Below, in pieces: positions 51,250-55,423 of a DNA stretch of 55,423 nt. The stretch lies in the NCBI GenBank assembly GCA_025055295.1, contig JANWWW010000003.1, positions 1 through 55,423 on the forward strand. The letters are read 5' to 3'. The notes beneath the pieces are model-generated. The model had not been told where the DNA came from, searched no databases, and saw only the letters and a list, made by a program, of their open reading frames with translations. The first letter of the stretch is position 1; every line of letters starts with the position of its first letter. The position numbers and the translations under genes are program-made. Source of the stretch: Deltaproteobacteria bacterium. GTDB taxonomy: Bacteria > Bdellovibrionota_C > UBA2361 > JANWWW01.

Positions 51250-52599
51250 ATGACGGCTGAAGACAGACTGAGCGATATTGTTACAAGAATTCTTTGCAAG
51301 CAAAGCTCAATAATAAGGACTGCGATTAGGGGAAAGAGAATTATTGTTTCAACCGAAACAAGCGATAGCGTGTTAAACATTACTCTTTACTGTCAGTCAT
51401 CTTTGATTGCAAGCTTGCTTAAAACAAGCTGTGACTTTAAAAAATTTGAAACTATTTTGACTGCTCAAACCGGCTACAAAGTATGTCAAATTAGCATGAA
51501 ACAGTCATTTAGCTTGTGTAACAGCCCTGTGTCATTCATGAACCAAAAAAAAGAAAGTTTGATTGACTCCAGTTTCGACTTAAACCTGAAAACGTTTGAT
51601 ACCTTTTTAGAATTACAGGAAAATAGGTTTGCTCTTAAAGTTTGCTCTTCAATATTCGACAACTGCCCTGTTGAGAAAATTCTTTTATTTGGTCCGTCCG
51701 GAAATGGAAAATCTCATCTATGTCAGTCAATTGTTGCTGAAGCAAAAAAAAGAAACATCAAAAGTTGTTATTTCCATGCAACCAACTTTGTTTCCTTGTT
51801 TGTGCATAGTGTTTACAAAAACGAGCTTCAAAAATTAAGAAAAGAAATATTGGACTCAGACATCTTCATACTGGACGACGCGCAGGAACTAGCCGGAAAA
51901 GAAAAAACCCAAAAGGAACTCGTCTTTCTTCTCAATACTCTGGAGGAAAAAAACGCCGTGGTGGTTTTTGCCGCAAATGAAAATATTATGTTATGCCAAT
52001 CGCTTTCCACCTCGCTTATTGAAAAACTTAGAGGCTTCCTTCCCTGTGAAATAAAACAACCTTCTGTCGACTCAAAAATAAAGTTTTTAGAATGGAAATT
52101 AAAAGGCCGAGTCTCAAAATCCGACATAAAAACGATAGCAAGTTATATTGAAAACGGGATCAGGCAACTTGAAACTTTCGTAAAAAACGTTGAAATTTGC
52201 ATTAACTTTGTCCCCTCAAAAATCTTATCATCTGACGACATTTACCGACTGTTAAAACGGTTCGTAAAACTAGAAGACGAAACAAACAATGTAAACATTC
52301 CAAAACTTGTAGAGGCTTTAGCAAGTATTTATGGCATAGATCCAAGTTTAATTTTGTCTCCAACAAAGAACAGAAAGGCATCTAAAGCAAAATCTATATT
52401 GATTGTTATTCTTAAAGATCACTTTAAGTTTACTTTTAAAAACATAGCTGGTTTGTTAAAATTTAAAGATCACTCCGCCCCTGTAAAAATTTACTCACGT
52501 GTTAAAAAATCGTTTTTGTCGTTGGATTTAGACTCAGAGATAAAAAAATGTATAGATATCTATTCAACGCATTACCAGAGAAAAACACTCGCCTCTTAG
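51250..52599 (+). CDS. dnaA: divergent DnaA-family AAA+ protein
   Basis: TFDTF...NRFA, Walker A GPSGNGKSHL, Walker B ILDDAQEL.GKEKTQKE, sensor II IRQLE, domain IV-like KDHSA. Confidence 0.75.
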   Translation: MTAEDRLSDIVTRILCKQSSIIRTAIRGKRIIVSTETSDSVLNITLYCQSSLIASLLKTSCDFKKFETILTAQTGYKVCQISMKQSFSLCNSPVSFMNQKKESLIDSSFDLNLKTFDTFLELQENRFALKVCSSIFDNCPVEKILLFGPSGNGKSHLCQSIVAEAKKRNIKSCYFHATNFVSLFVHSVYKNELQKLRKEILDSDIFILDDAQELAGKEKTQKELVFLLNTLEEKNAVVVFAANENIMLCQSLSTSLIEKLRGFLPCEIKQPSVDSKIKFLEWKLKGRVSKSDIKTIASYIENGIRQLETFVKNVEICINFVPSKILSSDDIYRLLKRFVKLEDETNNVNIPKLVEALASIYGIDPSLILSPTKNRKASKAKSILIVILKDHFKFTFKNIAGLLKFKDHSAPVKIYSRVKKSFLSLDLDSEIKKCIDIYSTHYQRKTLAS

Positions 52600-53258
52600 G
52601 AAACTCTTAAGCCTAGATAATAACTCCAACAGTCTTTGGCGTGTTTAAAATTTTTTTCGCTGTCAGGGTTTTTTGTAAAGCCTTTCGGAGCAAATTTTTG
52701 CTAAAAAGTACCCTTTATCAAGCTTTGTAAGCACGCCCCGCGACCATAAACTTACCTTCATTCAAACCCTCAAACGCTCTAGCGTGTAAAGTTTTATATG
52801 TTTCATTGCTTTGGTGGGCTCCCAAAAGACCATCTGTAACATCGATGCAAGTCCCGTAACTTATAGCCTTATCTCAAAAGATTAAAACGAAATTTCTTTA
52901 GCTTTAAATGATCATGATCTTCGGCGTTTTTTTCTTGCCCAAAATGATCATTTTTGGTCATGTAGAAGGATCGTTTGAATACAAATTAACAACACAACTG
53001 GCGGCTAACAAAACTAATTAAATATTATGCCTGCGCGCCTTTACTTTGAGTTTAAGCCTTCAGCGCAAGAAACATGAATAATTAAGAAAACATGGATCAT
53101 GAGTAAGTATTCTACATCGGTTAAAAACACAGATGCCAACTTTGTTGTTAAATTGGCAATTTAAAACATTGATGGCTGACTTACGATATTAGAAAGTATG
53201 ATAAAGCAACTTCAAACTACTGCCTTTTACTCAGGAGCCTGGTATGAAAAAATTGATC

Positions 53259-54257
53259 TCAGCTTAGTTTACAATAAGAGTTTTCAGCGTCAAAATATAC
53301 CGACTTATCAGTTTCTTTGAAGGACAGAAAGATTTGAGACTTGCGAATTGAAAATATTTTGTTTACCGTTTCAAAAATGGCATCACTATTCTTTTCAGCT
53401 TGGGTTAACTCAGGGTAGTTTTTTAAGATCTCCCGACCTAATGCGCCATTAGTTGGCGGAAGTCTAGTTGTGTCAAATTCTAAGTAAAGGCCACTGTGAG
53501 TTTGCAAATTATCAATAGTTCTGTTTTTATTTGAGACCTCGATGAAACCATCTTTTATACTAAAAACCAGGTCAATGTCGGTAAATTTTTTCTCTACATA
53601 ACCTTTCCCCTCAACTTCTTCGATCTTATTTTCCTGATCAAAAAGCTTAAGAAGAAACTTAACTGGCTTTAACGGAGCTTTAAAATAAAACTGATTTAAT
53701 GGTTCATCGAATGCAAGAACGAATGTTATATCCTTTACTCCGAGGATCTCGCTCCAGATTAAAGCCGTATTCATCGCCTTGGAACTCATTTTATCCCCAA
53801 AAGAATGGACTGATTTTAATACCGGAAGATGAATTCTTAGATCAAAAGCAATCGGAGTAATATTTTCTACACTACAAAAAAGTTTTTCTTCACCTTCAAG
53901 AAAAAAATGAAAACTCTTAGAAAATTTTACAAGCTCTTCTTTCGTCAAAGGAACAATTTTTTTTCGTTCCTTTCCCGTAAAAATAGTGCGATTGTTAACA
54001 AGCTCTCCCGCCTTTAACTTCAAAAGCTTGTCAAAAGTTTCCAGTTCTTCCTTCGAAAGATCCCGCGAAAAACTGATTAAGGTACCCTCGTTATTCCAAG
54101 ACACCAAAACGCTTAGAGCGGGTATTTTAAATAGCTCTTGACCAAAATATAAGAAACCCCGGCTCCCCTCAAGTTTCCTAAAATCTAGATCCTGACCGCG
54201 TTGACATCCGAAAAACAACGCTGAAATAAAAATAGCTACAAGAACTTTTTCTGGCAT
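53259..54257 (-). CDS. hypothetical lipoprotein
   Basis: 332-codon ORF, lipobox-like LFFG-C at residue 18. Confidence 0.7.
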   Translation of the reverse strand: MPEKVLVAIFISALFFGCQRGQDLDFRKLEGSRGFLYFGQELFKIPALSVLVSWNNEGTLISFSRDLSKEELETFDKLLKLKAGELVNNRTIFTGKERKKIVPLTKEELVKFSKSFHFFLEGEEKLFCSVENITPIAFDLRIHLPVLKSVHSFGDKMSSKAMNTALIWSEILGVKDITFVLAFDEPLNQFYFKAPLKPVKFLLKLFDQENKIEEVEGKGYVEKKFTDIDLVFSIKDGFIEVSNKNRTIDNLQTHSGLYLEFDTTRLPPTNGALGREILKNYPELTQAEKNSDAIFETVNKIFSIRKSQIFLSFKETDKSVYFDAENSYCKLS

Positions 54258-54625
54258 TTGTAGGATTTTTCGGAATAAAGAATTTTTTCTCGAGTAGTTA
54301 CTTACAGAAAAAACTAAACCAAATGAAATCTAAAGTTTTCACATCCCTTTTTTTAACTTTTTACATCAATCTATTTGTAAGTAACGTTTTTCACAAACAT
54401 ACTTCAAGAACTCGCTGACATCCTTAATGTAACTCAGAACAAGTTTCTGAGAACCTAGTTTTTATTACCACATTACCTGATATCCCGACAAAGTAAAGGA
54501 AATTTAGGAATTTTTTCGGATTGACTTAAACTGAACAATTTCAGCAACAAGATCTACCAAAGCTATATCAATTCTAGTCTTAGTCTACCGTCATTTATTG
54601 GCTTATAATTTTAGAAATAAGCAAA

Positions 54626-55036
54626 ATGGTACCAGTGAAAATACTTCTTTCCAAGGTTGGTCTCGATGGGCATGACAGAGGAATTAAGGTAATCGCCAGG
54701 GCGTTGATGGAAGCTGGATTTGAAGTAGTTTACTTAGGACTTCATCGAACGCCGGAAGAAATAGTCAAAGCAGCCATTGAAGAAGATGTTGATGGAATTG
54801 GGGTAAGCATTCTCTCAGGCGCTCATATGACTCATTTTCCGCGAATTATTGAGCTTCTTAAAAAAGAAGGTGAACATATCCCTGTATTCGGCGGAGGAAT
54901 TATCCCGGATGAAGATATCAAGCAATTAAAAAAGATCGGAGTTAAGGAATTGTTTCCCCCGGGAACCTCGCTTTCCGCGATAGTTGACTGGGTCAGGAAT
55001 AACATTCCAAAAAAGAGTGTCTCTATTCAGTCATAA
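54626..55036 (+). CDS. methylmalonyl-CoA mutase-type cobalamin-binding small subunit
   Basis: KVGLDGHDRG (DxHxxG), GFEVVYLG, SILSGAH, GGGIIP, FPPGT. Confidence 0.93.
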   Translation: MVPVKILLSKVGLDGHDRGIKVIARALMEAGFEVVYLGLHRTPEEIVKAAIEEDVDGIGVSILSGAHMTHFPRIIELLKKEGEHIPVFGGGIIPDEDIKQLKKIGVKELFPPGTSLSAIVDWVRNNIPKKSVSIQS

Positions 55037-55423
55037 TTAGAATAATGTTAAGTTAAGCGAAACAGGCTGGAGCTAATTAATCACATGACCCAAAAAAGAT
55101 TTATTAATTTTTCAAACCAACAGAAAATATGAAAATTTATTTAGTTCCTGGCTAGTTTTTATTTGAAACTGTTTTTGCAATTCAGTCCGTAGTCCGAACT
55201 TGTCTTTTATTTTTTTAACGTTCCTTTCTTTAATCTATGCTAGAGATCCGTTCGCAACTTCGATCAACAACTCGTTTCGGAAGGTATTAGACTCTCAAAT
55301 CATGCAATCATTTGGTACGAATATTTCCAAGCTATCACTACTCTCATGCCTTTTATTAAGGCGATACATTCCAGTACTAAAGTAAAAAACATGTTTCTGA
55401 AAAAATCATCTTACAGTTTCTCA

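Noticed and set aside
50994-53258. oriC next to dnaA
   Set aside because: No TTATCCACA-like box clusters and none of the usual origin-linked genes

Overview
AT-rich bacterial chromosome segment made almost entirely of housekeeping genes. The host is probably a flagellated former-'Deltaproteobacteria' lineage (Bdellovibrionota/Myxococcota-like). That placement is an inference from the MXAN_5187-C-like protein, the flgK-flgL-csrA-fliW block, the A2-type caa3 oxidase operon and the stand-alone atpBE. Contents: 3' end of pgl, rluD, cpoB/ybgF-like, rbfA, nrnA, glmU, coxBACD, nuoDEF, gatCA, sthA, DUF3617+OmpA, holB-tmk, sufB, an MCP, MscS-like, tRNA-Met(CAT), an ATP-grasp orphan, livF and livHMG, flagellar genes, rplA, a Ser/Thr kinase operon, atpBE, a divergent dnaA, a B12-binding mutase subunit and several orphans. 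I found no CRISPR array, transposase, integrase or prophage. The most unusual signals are architectural. (1) About half of the first genes of transcription units have a TANNNT -10 box only 6-8 nt before the start codon and no Shine-Dalgarno, suggesting widespread leaderless mRNA. (2) The usual spacer pattern is reversed: divergent gaps are small and 0.4-1.4 kb ORF-free gaps sit behind 3' ends. (3) Conserved operons are broken up, and one apparent ~10 kb inversion moves livF behind the flagellar genes. (4) Several exported proteins have very short 13-15 aa signal peptides. All calls come from motif recognition by eye; no database searches were run.
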